Notes: generated from the sequence alone by a model not told the origin. 63,629 bases of DNA, filler included, from Chiloscyllium plagiosum (GCF_004010195.1; 4 parts of one record of this genome joined end to end with filler, not necessarily neighbours in it), one strand, 5' to 3'. Positions 1 through 13,073 are shown, counted from the first letter of the whole stretch. Made by a program: numbers and translations.

Positions 1-225
1 AGATGTTAGGGGTAGGTTCTTTACTCAGCGAGTCGTGAGTTCGTGGAATGCCCTGCCAGTAGCAGTGGTGGACTCTCCCTCATTATGGGCATTTAAGCGG
101 GCATTGGATAGGCATATGGAGGATAGTGGGCTAGTGTAGGTTAGGTGGGCTTGGATCGGCGCAACATCGAGGGCTGAAGGGCCTGTACTGCGCTGTATTC
201 TTCTATGTTCTATGTTCTGTGTTCT
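1..225 (+). mobile_element. CR1 LINE 3' end, young subfamily
   Basis: ORF2 end (DVRGRFFTQRVVSSWNALP), 3' UTR and (TTCTATG)n tail; nearly identical to 61371-61627. Confidence 0.9.
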
Positions 226-229
226 TCAG

Positions 230-2750
230 CCCTCTGTTGCACTGACCTGTGGCAATCTGAAGCCTAAATATCGACACTACTCCATTTCATCCATATGTTT
301 ATCCAATGACCATTTAAATGCATTCCACACCCCTAATATGAGTAAAGAAACTACCTCTGACATCTGTCGTATAACCATTACCCTTCAATTTAAAGCTATG
401 TCCCTTTGTGCTAGCCATCACCATCTGAGGAAAAAGGCTCTCACTGTCCATCCTATCTAACCCTCTGATTATCTTATATGTCTCAGTTAAATCGCCTCTC
501 AACCTTCTTCTCTCTAATGGAAACAACCTCAAGTCTTTCAGCCTTTCCTCATAACACCTTCCCTCCATACCAACACCTCAGTAAATCTCCTCTGAACCCT
601 TTCCAAAGTTTCCACATCCTTCCTATAATGCGGTGACCAGAACTGTACCCAATACTCCAAGTGCAGCTGCACCAGAGTTTTGTACATCTGCAGAATGACC
701 TCGTGGTGCCAAAACTCAATCCAATAACAGCTAACACACCGTATGCTTTCTTAACAACCCTATCAACCTGTGTGGCAACCTTCAGGGATCTATGTGCATG
801 GACATCAAGATCTCTCTGCACACCTACACTACCAAGAATCACCTCACACTTTTCTGCATTAAACTCTATTTGCCACCTCTCAACCCAGTTCTGCAGCTTC
901 TATATGTCCCACTGGAACCTAGAACATCCTTCAGCACTATCCACAACTCTATCGATCTGCATGTCATCTGCAAATTTGCTAACTCATTCTTCTACGCCCT
1001 CATCTAGGTCATTTATAAAAATGACAAACAGCACTGGCCTCAAAACAGATCCTTGCAGTACATCACTAATAACTGAACTCCAAGATGAACATTTCCTATC
1101 AACAACCATGCTCTGTCTTCTTTCACTATGGCAATTTCTGAACCAAACTGCTAAATCACCCTCAATCGCATTCCTCCTTATTTTCTGCAATAGCATACTG
1201 TGGGGTACCTAATCAAATGCTTGACTGAAATCCATATACACCACATCAACCACTTTATCCTCATCCACCTGTTTGGTCACCTTCTCAAAGAGTTCAATAA
1301 GGTTGTGAGACATGACCTACCCTTCAGAAAACGATGTTGACTAACCCTAATCAACTTGTTCCTCTCTAGATGATTGTAAATCCTATCTCTTATAATCTTT
1401 TTCAACACTAGACCCACAACTGAATTAAGGCTCACTTATCTATAGTTACCAAGGTTGTCTCTACTGCCCTTCTTGAAGAAGGAACAACATTTGCTATCCT
1501 CCAGTCTTCTGGCAGTATTTTTGCAGACAATGACAACATGAAGATCAAAGCCAAAGGCTCTACAATCTCCTCTTTGGCTTCCCAGAGAATCCTAGGATAA
1601 ATCCCATCTGGCCCAGGGCCAGAGAATCCTAGGATAAATCCCATCTGGCCCAGGGGCCCAGGTCCTAGGATAAATCCCATCTATTTTCACACTTTCCAGA
1701 ATTGCTAACACCTCGTCCTTGTGCACCTCAATCCCATCTAGTCCGGTAGCCTGTATCTCAGTATTCTCCTCGACAACATTGCCTTTTTCCAGTGTAATAT
1801 TCATTTAAAGCTTCTCCTATCTCCTCATACTCCACGCACAACTTCCCACTACTATCCTTGATTGGCCCTAATCTTTCTCTGGTCATTCTTTTACTCCTGA
1901 TATTACGATAGAAAACTTTAGGTTTTTCCTTGATCCTATCTGCCAATGACTTCTCGTGTCCCCTCCTGGCTCTTCTTAGCTCTTTTTTTTAGGTCTTTCT
2001 TGGCTAACTTGTGACTGTCGAGTGCTCTAACTGAGCATTTATGTTTCATCCTAACATAAGCCACCTTCTTCTTCTTGACAAAGAATTCAACTTCTTTAGT
2101 AAACCAATGCTCCCTTGCCCAACCACTTCCTCCCTGCCTGACAGGTACATACTTCTCAAGGACACACAGTAGCTGTTCCTTGAATAAGTTCCACATTTAA
2201 ATTGTGCCCATCCCCTGCAGTTTCTGTCCTCATCCTATGCATCCTAAATCTTGCCTAATCACATCATAATTGCCTTTCCCCCAGCTATAACTCTTGTTCT
2301 GCAGTATACACTTATCCCTTTCCATTGCTGAAGTAAATAAATCAAATTGTGGTCACTATCACCAAAGTGCTCACCTACCTCCAAATTTAACACCTGTTTA
2401 GGTTCATTACCCAGTACCAAATCTGATGTGGCTCTCCCCTTGTTGGCTTGTCTACATATTGTGTCAGGAAACCATCCTGCACACATCGGACAAAAACCGA
2501 CCCATCAAAAGTACTCAAACTATAGTATTTCCAGTCAATATTTGGTAAGTTAAAGTGCCCCATAACAATTACCCTATTACTATCACTTCTATCCAGAATT
2601 ATGTTTGCTATCCTTTCCTCTACATCTCTGGAACTATTCATAGGCCTACAGAAAACTCTCAACGGGTGACCTCTCCGTTCCTGTTTCTAACCTCAGCCCA
2701 CACTACCTAAGTTGACAAGCCCTCAAATATCCTTTATTCCACTGTAATAA
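230..2750 (-). mobile_element. CR1 LINE ORF2, degraded (endonuclease end, RT, C-terminus)
   Basis: [48 protein letters not shown]-region and RRRLRGDL.ETYKI fragments. Confidence 0.9.
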
Positions 2751-2949
2751 GGTTTTTATTTTCAATTAACAAAGTTGAGGAAGCTTTATTCTTTTGTTTC
2801 GAAATGTAGTTCCTATCCCATGAGTGTCAGGAGTGAGTCTTGGCTTTTTCTGTTATTGTCTTTCATTTAAAAGTGTTGAGGTTTGCTTTTCAGACTGAAG
2901 GCCTATGTGTGTCACAATGTTCTATTGTTCTATTGTTTTGCATCATTCA

Positions 2950-3890
2950 TACAAATGATTGCGAATATAGGAGGCATGGTTTGTAAATTTGCAGATGATG
3001 TCAAAATACATGGTGCAGTGGACAGGGACGAAGATTCCATGAGAGTGCAGTGGCAAACCAGGGCAGGACTGCAGGTTATAGTCCAACAGATTTATTTGGA
3101 GGCACTAGCTTTCGATCTTTGCTTTTTCATCAGGTGGTTGTGGAGCAGGACCATAAGACACAGAATTTATAGCTTTGAAAGCTCGTGTCTCCAAATAAAT
3201 CTGTCAGACTATAATCTGGTGTTGTGTGATTTTTAACTTTGTCCACCCAAGTCCAACACCAGCACCTTCAAATCAGTGCAGGACTGATATAGTTAATGAT
3301 GGGGCTTGGGAGTTTTGCCAGACAAAGAGACCTAACGGAGTAGGTGCATAGTTTCTTGAAAGTGGAGTTGCAAGGTGATAAAGAAGGCATTTGGCAGGCT
3401 TGTCTTCATTGGACAGAACATTGATTGTAAGAGTTGAGATGTCATGTTGTGACTTTACAGGACATTGGTGAAGCCACATTTAGAATACTGCATGAACTTC
3501 TGACCACCTTTCTATAGCAAGGATGTTGTTTAAATTGAGAGTGTAGAAAGATTTACAACGATGTTGTCGGGACTGGAGGGTTTTAATTAAAGAGAGAGGC
3601 TGAATATGCTGGGGCTTTTTTCCCTAAAGTGTTGGAGGGGGGGGGGTGACCTTATAGAGGTTTATGAAATCATGAGGGGCATGGATAGGATGAATAGCCA
3701 AGGTGTTTTTCCTAAGGTGGGAAAGGCCAAAACTAGAGGGCATAGGTTTAATATGAGAGGGGAAAGATTTAAAAAGGACCTGAGGGGTAACTGTTTCATG
3801 CAGAGGGTGGTGGAGGTGGGTACAATTACAATATTTAAAAGGCATCTGGATGGCTATATACATAAAAGGGTTCAGAGAGATATGACTCTG
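2950..3890 (+). mobile_element. CR1 RT/3' fragment with a nested Penelope-like end fragment (about 3075-3273)
   Basis: VCKFADDVKI; RGGGDLIEVYEIMRG...TRGHRF. Confidence 0.8.
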
Positions 3891-4245
3891 CCTCTATGAT
3901 TCGAAATAGGAAAAGAAAAACTTTTAGAAGCTCACCATTAGCTTGAGGAAGAGGACTGGATTTTTTTTAAAGAAAAGCAATGAGATAACTTTTTCATGCA
4001 GAGGGTGGTGGAGGTGGGTACAATTACAATATTTAAAAGGCATCTGGATGGCTATATACATAAAAGGATTCAGAGAGATATGATGCAAAATGGGACTAGG
4101 TCAGATTGGACAGTTGGACCAAAGTGTCTTTCCATACTGTATGACTCTGCCTCTATGATTCGAAATAGGAAAAGAAAAACTTTTAGAAGCTCACCATTAG
4201 CTTGAGGAAGAGGACTGGATTTTTTTTAAAGAAAAGCAATGAGAT
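3788..4245. repeat. Local tandem duplication (about 200 bp and 260 bp copies)
   Basis: 3788-3986 is repeated at 3987-4245; the first copy lacks about 60 bp between two TATGA motifs. Confidence 0.9.
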
Positions 4246-4329
4246 TTGCTGGAGTCTTTGAATTTCACCCTGCAAACATGTTGCAAAACAAGCAACCAAA
4301 ACAGAAAGGCAGGGATTGAGGAAAGGAAT

Positions 4330-5100
4330 AAATAGATTATGGAGTCATGTGACATGTGAAAATGCGAGTCACAATTCCTTTAAAAGCCCCAGAGCACCCA
4401 CTAACCCTAATGCAACTAGAAATTGAAGAGATTCTGCAGAAGCCATAACTTGCTGCGAGTAACTTATTCATGTTGCAGTGTGACATGGTGCCTCGTTAAA
4501 CCTCAGCGAGGTTTCTCAAGGATATTCTGTATCACATATATTCTCAATTTAAACTGATGCATTTTCATGCAATCACCAAGGAGTTGTTCATGCAGTAAGT
4601 GCAGACAAAAGGATTTCAGCAGAAAATCTGTGTACTGATTTGTCTGGAAAAAAGGGAACTTGCTGCAGCAGATGGCAGTCACGTTGCACTATTAAACAAC
4701 AGACAGAGATTCACACATGAGAAATGACGCAATTGACAAAAATGAACACATTGCAGCAGAAGCAAAAATCCACCACATCTAAAGTGTTTAAAAGCGCTTC
4801 AGTGGTCTCAGTGTATCTGAAGAAGTATTGACACCAGATGCCCTCTCTATCACCAACATAGCTTTTGTGGAGAATATGTTTGACATCAATGTTACAGTTT
4901 TAATCAAGTCCCGGGCTCATAATACTACAGAGAAGCTTCCTATAGTTTCCAGGCTTGATGTCTACGAAGTTCTAATTTTCCTGAACCTCAATCCATTGTT
5001 GCAGATGGTGAAATCATACTTTCTGCAGGGCTTGCTGAGATTATCTGGACAAGAGCAGTCTGAAGCTGAACAGAGTGGGGAAATATCACAGTACCTACAG
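4330..5100 (-). pseudogene. REJ-domain-like remnant
   Basis: LETIGSFSVVL*ARDLIKTVTLMSNIFSTKAMLVIERASGVNTSSDT ~ LPVGHYCFVF...LTQSIQANVTVAPERLVPIIEGGSYRVWSDT; NSLVIA*KCISLN*EYM ~ STVTIPRERLAAGVEYT. Confidence 0.5.
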
Positions 5101-5589
5101 ACAAAAAAAAACTCTTGCATGAGCAACATTAAGGAAATGATCAATCTTTCATCTTCAGAATAGTCTTCAAAATAGTCTTCATTTTCTTTTCATATATCTG
5201 ATTCATTGCTGGATGAGGTAGTGGAGAACACTCATCATCACTGTAGTAGTGCATGATACAGTTGGGGACTTCTTTAAGGGCGAAGACAATGTTTCATTTC
5301 TTCAAGCTGCTACTTTGCTCTTTCCCAGTGTACAAAAAAAGAATAACGAACAGTAGTAGCAGAAGAGAGTATGAATTCCAGTTTCATGTCTTCCTTTTTC
5401 TGTGCTTTTGGTAGTTCAGATCATTACTTTTTAGATCAGTCCTTCATTGGTGAGTCTTCACTGTTTTAGCCTTCAAGTTGTTATCAATGTCACAGCATGT
5501 TACAATTAAGAAGTTGGTATCCCAGCATACCAATGTACCTGTATGCCAGAGAGAAAAGAGTGAAGAATGTACTATATCAAAATGAGCCA

Positions 5590-5905
5590 AAGGAACGGTG
5601 GCTGAGTGGTTAGCACTGCTGCCTCACAGCACCAGGGTCCCAGGTTCGATTCCAACCTCGGGTGACTGTCTGTGTGGAGTTTCCATATTCTCCCCATGTC
5701 TGCGTGGATTTCCGCTGGGTGCTCCGGTTTCCTCCCACAGTCCAAAGATGTGCAGGTCAGGTGAATTGGCCATGCTACATTACCCATACTGTTAGGTGCA
5801 TTTGTCAGAGGGAAATGGGTCTGGGTGGGTTACTCTTCGGAGGGTTGGTGTGGACCGGTTGGGCGGAAGGACCTGTTTCCACTCTGTAGGGAATCTAACC
5901 TAATC
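5590..5905 (+). mobile_element. HE1-type V-SINE
   Basis: tRNA-like A box (TGGCTGAGTGG) and B box (GGTTCGATTCC), V-domain (gggtgctccggtttcctcccacagtccaaagatgtgcaggt) and CR1-like tail. Confidence 0.9.
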
Positions 5906-5929
5906 AACCAAGTATGTTGAGGACCTTTT

Positions 5930-6950
5930 TTCCTATTCCTTGTGAGGTGATCATCACTGATGAGGTCAATGGTAGTTGCTAACCCTTAATTAATCTTTGT
6001 GGCTGGTAGTGAGCTGTCCTTTGGAACTATGGCTGGCTGATCTGTTGTAGGTGAGACATGGTGGGGTGGGAGTTCTAAGATTTTGACCTTGGTAGTGAAG
6101 GCCAAAAAGGGGGATATTTGGGTGCTATTCCTCTGCCTCTGTCTCTTTTGTCCTTTTCCTGGTTAGTAGAAATTGTTGTTTTGGAAGATGCTCTGATTCA
6201 CTGTGTCACAGTCATGCTTCTTTCACATTGCTGCCACTGTACACCTAGTGGTGAAGGTGATGGTAAGGAAATATGTTGCTTTATCATGAATGGTGTTAAT
6301 CTTCTTGAAGATTAGATCCAGCCTCCCACCCTATTCCCATATTCTCACATTTCCCAAACTCAGTGAACGTCCTGGACACTATGGGGAATGTACCATTGCC
6401 AGTACACCTACCATACATATCTTTGGACTGTGACACAAAGACAGTCAACCAAGGCTGGATTGAATCGGGTCCATGGCACTATGGCAGCAGTACTAGGCAT
6501 TGTCCCAAGCTGTCACCTGGATGAAGCTGAACATTGTGCAATCATCAGGGAACATCTTTACTTCTGACCTGATAATGGAGGGAAGGTCAGTGATGAATCA
6601 GCTGAAAATGGCTAGTAACATACCCTGAAGGTAGTCAACTCCTGCAGGGATGTCATGGGACTGAGATGATTGACTCCAATCACTTTGTGCTTGACATGAC
6701 TCCAATCAATGGAGAGTGTTCCCCCCAGAATCCTATTGACTCAACCTTTACTAGGGTTCCTTGATGCCGCACTTGGACAAAGATTGTCATGATGTTAAAG
6801 GCACTGCTTTTTACCTCAACACTTTTGTCCATGTTTTACCCAAGGATGTAATAAAGTCAGGAGCTGAGTAAACCTGGCAGAATCCAAAAAGAGTGTCAGT
6901 GAACTGGCTATTGCTGAGAGGGAGCCATTTGATAACACAATCGTCCATAA
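5930..6950 (-). mobile_element. Old CR1-group LINE fragments with a degenerate nested SINE
   Basis: Similar to 13635-15480 and 25905-26750; SINE-like remnant at about 6330-6510. Confidence 0.6.
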
Positions 6951-7229
6951 TTATTTTGCTAGATCTCCTTGTGAAGAAAGATAAAGTGTAGGAGTTGGTA
7001 ACCTAAACTTTATCATTTCATTGTTCTGCGTTTAAAGTTTTATATATTGAAGTCATGCAGAAATGACACTGGTTTCTATTTCTGCAGTAGGATCTAAAAT
7101 TGTCTGTTCCATGCCTCAGCTCTTGATTTCCAGTTCTTCCTTTAATTTGTAAACTTTGCTGAGTCCACACCAAGGTGTAATCAATCAAGCATAATGGACA
7201 TCAGCAACAACAGACTGATATAATCTAAC

Positions 7230-7960
7230 TAGGAAAAACTGAGGACTGCAGATTAAAGTAGAGAGTGTGGTGCTAGAAACGTTCAGCAGGTCAGGCAGCA
7301 TCCGAGAAGCAGGAGAGTGGACCTTTTGGGCAAAAGGCCTTCATCAGGAATGAGGCTGTGAGCTGAGCGGGTAGTGAGATAAATGGGAGGGAGGTGGGGC
7401 TGGGGGGGAAGGTAGCTGAGAGTGCTGTACGTAGATGGAGATGGACGTAATAGGTCGGAGAGGAGGGTGGATTGGATAGGTGGGAAGGAAGATGGACAGT
7501 AGGACAGGTTATGAGGGTGGTGTTGAGCTGGAAGGTTGGAACTAGGGTAAGGTGGGGGGAGGGGAAAATGAGGAAACTGGTGAAGTCCACATTGATGCCA
7601 TGGGGTTGGAGGTTGCGGAGGCAGAAGATGAGGCATTCTTCCTCCAGGCATCTGGTGGTTAGGGAGTGGTGATGGACGAAGCCCAGACCTGCATGTCCTT
7701 GGCAGTGTGGGAGGGGGAGTTGAAGTGTTCGGCCAAGGGAAGGTGGGGTTTGTTGGTGCGGGTGTCCCGGAGATGTTCGTTGAAGCACTCTGCGAATAGG
7801 TGTCCAGTCTCCCCAATGTAGAGGAGACCACTTTGGAGCAATGGGTACATAAATGATGTGTGGAAGTGTGCGTGAGAGGGGAGGTGTGGGGGCAGGTTTG
7901 TCAATTCCTGCTGTGGCAGGGAAAGATGCCAGGAGGGGAGGATGGGTTGGTGATATAATC
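7230..7960 (-). mobile_element. Penelope-like element 3' part (GIY-YIG endonuclease plus terminal repeat)
   Basis: LLYIGETGH...F.EHL...PLAEHFN.PSH and LEEECLIFCL.NLQPHGINVDF, followed by the hammerhead-bearing terminal repeat. Confidence 0.85.
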
Positions 7961-7969
7961 TAACTGACC

Positions 7970-8300
7970 ACAACACCCCTGTTTCATTATTGAGTTTAAC
8001 AAACCTTAGAAAACTTGTGTAAGATTCTAAATGCACCCAAAACCTCAAGCAAAGAGAATAGTTTCCATATTAAGGCTATGGACTTTCTTCTCAGGAGTGG
8101 ATCAGCAAATGCCCCACTCTCAGTCACAAATATAATGCTCAACTGCTGTGACATCTATGCTTTCCCACAAGTAAAAGGTGTCTCCATAACATCATCGCTC
8201 TTCATCATTTTAAAGACCTCCATTATGTAAACCCTCACCCTACAAATTGTGCTAAATGTTTCTGACATTCTTTTAGATGAACTTTTAATCTTCTGTTTCA
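7970..8300 (-). pseudogene. Possible PKD-repeat remnant
   Basis: RVRVYIMEV...IFVTESG...LIWKLF...ILHKFSK shows loose PKD-domain spacing (W-x-x-F ... H-x-F). Weak on its own. Confidence 0.3.
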
Positions 8301-8744
8301 AGATGCGATCAACTCCAACATTTCACAAGCTTACATGGAATTCCTTTCTAGGTTATTTAAGCGGGTGTTTGTTTCAATAAATTTACTAAAATAACAGGTT
8401 TAGATATTTGGTAAGGCACCATATGGTAACATATAATCCAAGTTCAAACTATACATATAAAAATTTTGGAGCCTATTACCTTTAAATTTTTGTTTATTTT
8501 TCTCTCCTTCCCCATTGTCAGAAACTGGTATTGTCATATTTTCCTAATTCTGCCCTTCATGCCAGGACTACCTTTGGAAAAAATTACAGAGGCGCAGCTC
8601 CTAATTTTCGGTCTTCTGCGTTAAGTTATGTTTTGACATACTTGTGATGGTCAAGGTGAGAAGTGCATGAGGGAAAAGTTGACCTTTGACCTCGCTCAAA
8701 ATGAGTTGTGCTTCCACAGGTATCAGTCACTCTTCACTACTTTC

Positions 8745-9270
8745 TGTTATAGACCAGGCCGGACACCCTCAAAATATTTTAAGAAGGTAGCCCAGACTTT
8801 TACATCTGCCTACAAAAACAAAAAATGTTATGTAGATATTCCAAGGGTGATCCAGCTGGTTGACTTGAACCAAAACAGAATTTATTGAGATACTACAGTT
8901 GAAACACAAACAAAACAAAATTTAGAATAACTTAACTATTTGAAAAACCACCCAACATGATATCGCAACTTAACAAAGCTGTTCCAATGCTCACAACATC
9001 CTATAAACACACCCCTTGGCAAATGATAAATTCAAACACAGATTCTCACAGGCAGGAGAGATGTTAGAGAGAAGACCTCTGTTGAAACATGGAACCTCTT
9101 TTCACCGTCGCTGCTTCCCTACTACCAGCAGCTTCTGACTCCCTGCTGAAACAAAATTAAACTAGGAAAAACCTGAACTGGGAGAACTGCCATTACACTT
9201 TCATTGTACAACAGTTATTAAAAAAAACTGAAAGGCCTTCTCTGATTTGTTGACTTAGGCAGTATAAGAA
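8745..9270. mobile_element. Probable LTR fragment (different from the 10.6-kb LTR, possibly reverse orientation)
   Basis: Starts TGTTATAG; minus-strand AATAAA; abuts the Gypsy pol. Confidence 0.4.
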
Positions 9271-9289
9271 CATATGTAAGAATCAGATG

Positions 9290-10445
9290 GGGAGGACTAA
9301 TGCTATTTTACATGAAGTAAACATGGGGACTACTGCTCTGATAAAACAGCACCCCTATTTGCTTAATCCTTTCAAAGCCAGACAGGTTCAGAAGGCGAGG
9401 ATATCATCAAACCAAGCCAGAGCAAGTGGAGTTTGCCGATCGTCCCAAACCGGACAGGACCAGCCAGTTACATCACGAAGTTGTCCTTGCTGCGTGGTTA
9501 CTGGCAGGTACCTTTATCAGAAAAAACGAAATAAATTTGTGTTTGTAACCCCAAATGGGCTATATCAATTTAAAGTGATGCCCTTTGGAATGAAGAATGC
9601 ACCCGCCACATTCCATAGACTCATGAACAGAGTTGAGGCTGGGTTAACAAACTGTGCAATCTATTTGGACGATACAGTGATCTTTAGTAAGTCCCGGAAA
9701 GGTCACATGATACAGTTGGCAGAGCTCTTTGAACAAGTATAAGAAGCAAAACTGATAATAAACTTAAGCAAAACTGAATTTGCGAAAGCAGAAATTATGT
9801 TTTTGGGACATAACATCGGTCATGGAAGGTTGACCCCACAACATGCAAAGATGAAGACCATCAAGGAATTTCCACGACCAAACTCAAAGAAAAAGATGCT
9901 TTGATTCTTCGGACTCAGCGGCTTCTGCCGGAAGTTTGTTCCAAACTTCTGCAGTGTAGTGGCACTGTTAACTGATTTGCTGAAGAAGAACACAAAGTTA
10001 CGGTAGACAGAACAATGCCAGGAGACCATTTGAATGCCATATTAACCACCAAACTAGTTTTAGCTACACCAAACTTGTCAATACCTTTTAAAGCTGCCAT
10101 CGATGCTAGTGACATAGGAGTTGGAGTTGGACTGCTACAAGAAGATAAGGATGGGATTGAACTGCCAGTTGGTTACTTTTCGAAGAAACTCAACATCCAC
10201 CTGAGGAAATACTCCACAATTGAAAAAATATTCTCGAGTTTGGTACTGACCTTACAACATTTTAATGTGTATATCATGAACAATGTGTCAGAGATGATTG
10301 TGTACATGGATCACAATTCTCTTACATTCTTAGAATATTTTAAAGACAAGAAAATGAGACTATTTCTTTGGAGTCTTATGTTACAGACTTTTAATTTAAA
10401 AGTCTTGCATGTTGCGAGTTATAAGAAAGTAACTGATAACGTATA
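9290..10445 (+). mobile_element. pol: Gypsy/Ty3 pol remnant (RT and RNase H)
   Basis: FVTPNGLYQFKVMPFGMKNAPATFHRLMN, IYLDD, IDASDIGVG..LLQ, PVGYFSKKL...YSTIEK, VYMDHNSL. Confidence 0.9.
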
Positions 10446-10592
10446 GATAAGATACATCTATCCAATGTTTTTATATGGGAAGATGTTAAGGTGAACTTAG
10501 ATTAGTTATTAGTATGTTATAGTAATATATTTAAAGAATAGAAAAAAAATGAAGCCATCTTTTCATTTTGATGGTTCATTTTTTTCTTAAGG

Positions 10593-11312
10593 TGTTATGA
10601 AGATGTACGAGTAGTGTGCCTTTAAGAGAGTGGAAAAGCTAGCAGGGACTTAGAGATACACACACAGTACTGGAAAATGTAACATTTGGTTGAACAGCTA
10701 GATTAGCTGGGTTGCTGTGAGATAAAACCAAATTCAAATTCAGTTTTAGTTATGCCCCAAGATACCAAGCCCCAATCAAGTTTGAACTTGGTACTTTGAC
10801 AATATTAAAATCAATGAAACAACCTGATGTTTTGGGATATAAAACCAGAAAAAAAATGAATAGTTGAGAGAAAACTGCCAAAAGACAGTTGTAGGCTGCT
10901 ACTAAGAACTCTCTGAGATGTACCTGTCTAGAGAAGGAGTTTACATAGAAAAAAAACATGGACACTGACCTGGTGAGCAAATTTACAGAGGAAGATACAA
11001 AGCAAAGATTGACAGCTGGCTGGTTTTGAAATTTGATTTTTTCTGTAAATGTTAGTTGGGGGTTTTATCAGACCAGTATTATAGAGGGGAAGATTTAGAT
11101 AAATGAGTTATAAATAGTTGTTAGTTAATTATTCTGTGTTACACTTTTAAAAAATGTTGTTAATTTTTGTTTTAAATATTGACCTTTGGGATAGTTCTTC
11201 GCCTCTCGAGTTTTCACAGATTACAGCATGGGGTGATTCTTTTCTGTACTGCTGGTTTAAATTAGTGGGGGTTGGGGGTGGGAGGGAGTGGGGTTTACAC
11301 AATGTCGTAACA
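10593..11312 (+). mobile_element. Gypsy 3' LTR (720 bp)
   Basis: TGTTATGA...TCGTAACA terminal inverted repeats (7/8 match), TATAAAA near 10838, located just downstream of pol. Confidence 0.7.
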
Positions 11313-11930
11313 CTTCTTAGAACATTAGTTAGGCCACACTTGGAATGTAGTGTACAGTTTTGGTCACCACACTACCAGAAAGATATGGATGCTTTGGAGA
11401 GGGTACAAAAATGTTTACCAGGATGTTGCCTGGTATGGGGTTTTTTAAGACTAGGTTTTGTTTTCACTGGAATGCAGGAGGTTGAGGGGCATCTTGATAG
11501 AAATTTATAAGATTGTGAATGGCATGGATAGAGTGGAAAGAATGGTGCTTTTTCGCAGGGTGGAGAGGTCAGTTACAGGGGTCAGAGGTTCAAGGTCCAG
11601 GGTGGGTGGTGGTGGGGGAAGGGGGAGCGGAGAGGGCACGAGGGTAGTTTACAAGATCTGTGCAAGGCAAGTTTTTTCCACACGAAGGGTGCTGAGTGCC
11701 TGGAACACACTGCCAAAGGAGATAGTGGAAGCAGATACAATAGCAGCATTCAAGAAACGCCTTGATGAATACACAAATAGGAAGAAAATAGAGGAATACA
11801 GATCCTGTAAATGAAGACAGTTTTAAAACGGAAGGGCAAAATATGTTGATGCATGCCTGAAGGGCTGAAAGGCCTGTTACTTTGCTGTATTGTTGTTTGT
11901 TCTTTTTGTTCTTTGTTCTATTTAAATGAC
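11313..11930 (+). mobile_element. CR1 3' fragment
   Basis: LVRPHLECSVQFWSPHY; RRLRG.LIE.YKI; microsatellite tail. Confidence 0.85.
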
Positions 11931-12263
11931 TAGCCTAGTTCACGTTCTAGGTAATGGTAGCCCCCAAGAGGTAGTGGCAATTTAGCAATGATAATACCAT
12001 TGAATGTTGTGGTGAGTTGCTTCAATTTGCTCGAACTGGGGTTGGTCTGTTATAAGTCCTGACTCAGGCAATGGATTTTTGAATGATCTTATGTTAGTGG
12101 ATCTTGTATTTAAGAGTAGAGAATGTGGAGGCAGGCCAGGTTTCAATGAGAATAGTCAAGTTGAAAGGTTACGAGGAGCCTGAGCACTGCAGTAGCAGAC
12201 AAACTGAAGGATAGGCAGAGTGGGGAAATGGTGCATAGCTGGAAATTGGCAGTCTTAGTAATT

Positions 12264-12459
12264 GTGAGGGGAAAGTTGGACTGCAGATGCTGGAGATCAG
12301 AGTCAAGAGTGTGGTGCTGGAAAAGCACAGCCGGTCAGGCTGCATCCGAGGAGCAGGAGAATCGATGTTACGAGTATAGGCCCTTCATCAGGAAGGTCGA
12401 TTCTCCTGTTCCTCGACTGCTGCCTGATCAGCTGTGCTTTTCCAGCACCATACTCTTCG
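12264..12459. mobile_element. Inverted pair of Penelope-like terminal fragments with 13-bp TSD
   Basis: Inverted arms (tggtgctggaaaagcacagc...gctgtgcttttccagcacca); AGTCTTAGTAATT at 12251-12263 and 12460-12472. Confidence 0.85.
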
Positions 12460-12689
12460 AGTCTTAGTAATTATGTTGATATGTAGTGGGGCACTCAACC
12501 CCAGGTGAAAAAAGCACTAAGCGGTGAACAGTTTGTTTCAGGTCAAAACTGTGAAAGCAAATGTGATTAGTGGCTAGGAAGCAGAGGTTTTTTTTGCTCA
12601 GACATTGTGACATTACTTAAGGGCAGATTTAAGGACTAAATGGCTGATTTAAATTCTTATATTCTTCTCCTCAATTTGAATAACTCAAT

Positions 12690-13073
12690 TATTGACGATT
12701 GTGTCTTTAGCTGCATGGGCCTTAAATTTGCCTTCTGACACATCTCTGTCTTAACCTCAGCTCCCTCCTTTGAAACATTCCTTAAGGCATAAGGCACTGA
12801 TATTTTGGTTCTTGTTTCATTGTGGTCTAGTGAAGCATTTTGGGCAGGTTAATTATGATAAAGGCCTTGTACCTTCTATGTTCTATGTTCTATTGACGAT
12901 TGTGTCTTTAGCTGCATGGGCCTTAAATTTGCCTTCTGACACATCTCTGTCTTAACCTCAGCTCCCTCCTTTGAAACATTCCTTAAGGCATAAGGCACTG
13001 ATATTTTGGTTCTTGTTTCATTGTGGTCTAGTGAAGCATTTTGGGCAGGTTAATTATGATAAAGGCCTTGTAC
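12690..13073. repeat. 183-bp direct duplication around an 18-bp CR1-tail remnant
   Basis: 12690-12872 matches 12891-13073; spacer is CTTCTATGTTCTATGTTC. Confidence 0.95.

Noticed and set aside
661..1212. Plus-strand ORFs such as 661-1212 and 16426-16872 as host genes
   Set aside because: They are antisense shadows of CR1 reverse transcriptase.
1580..1682. Roughly 39-bp unit repeated 2-3 times inside CR1
   Set aside because: Simple local slippage in a dead LINE; no sign of function.
4700..5450. PIF/Harbinger transposase remnant (VIERASGV resembles IERAFG; acidic stretch upstream)
   Set aside because: No DDE-core motifs or terminal inverted repeats seen; the longer context aligns better with the polycystin REJ domain. 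Not fully excluded.
5590..5660. tRNA gene (also at 27193 and 40697)
   Set aside because: The A and B boxes are SINE heads followed by the V-domain and a LINE-derived tail.
8745..11312. Complete Gypsy provirus with paired LTRs
   Set aside because: The two LTR-like segments are not similar to each other, and gag and integrase are absent.
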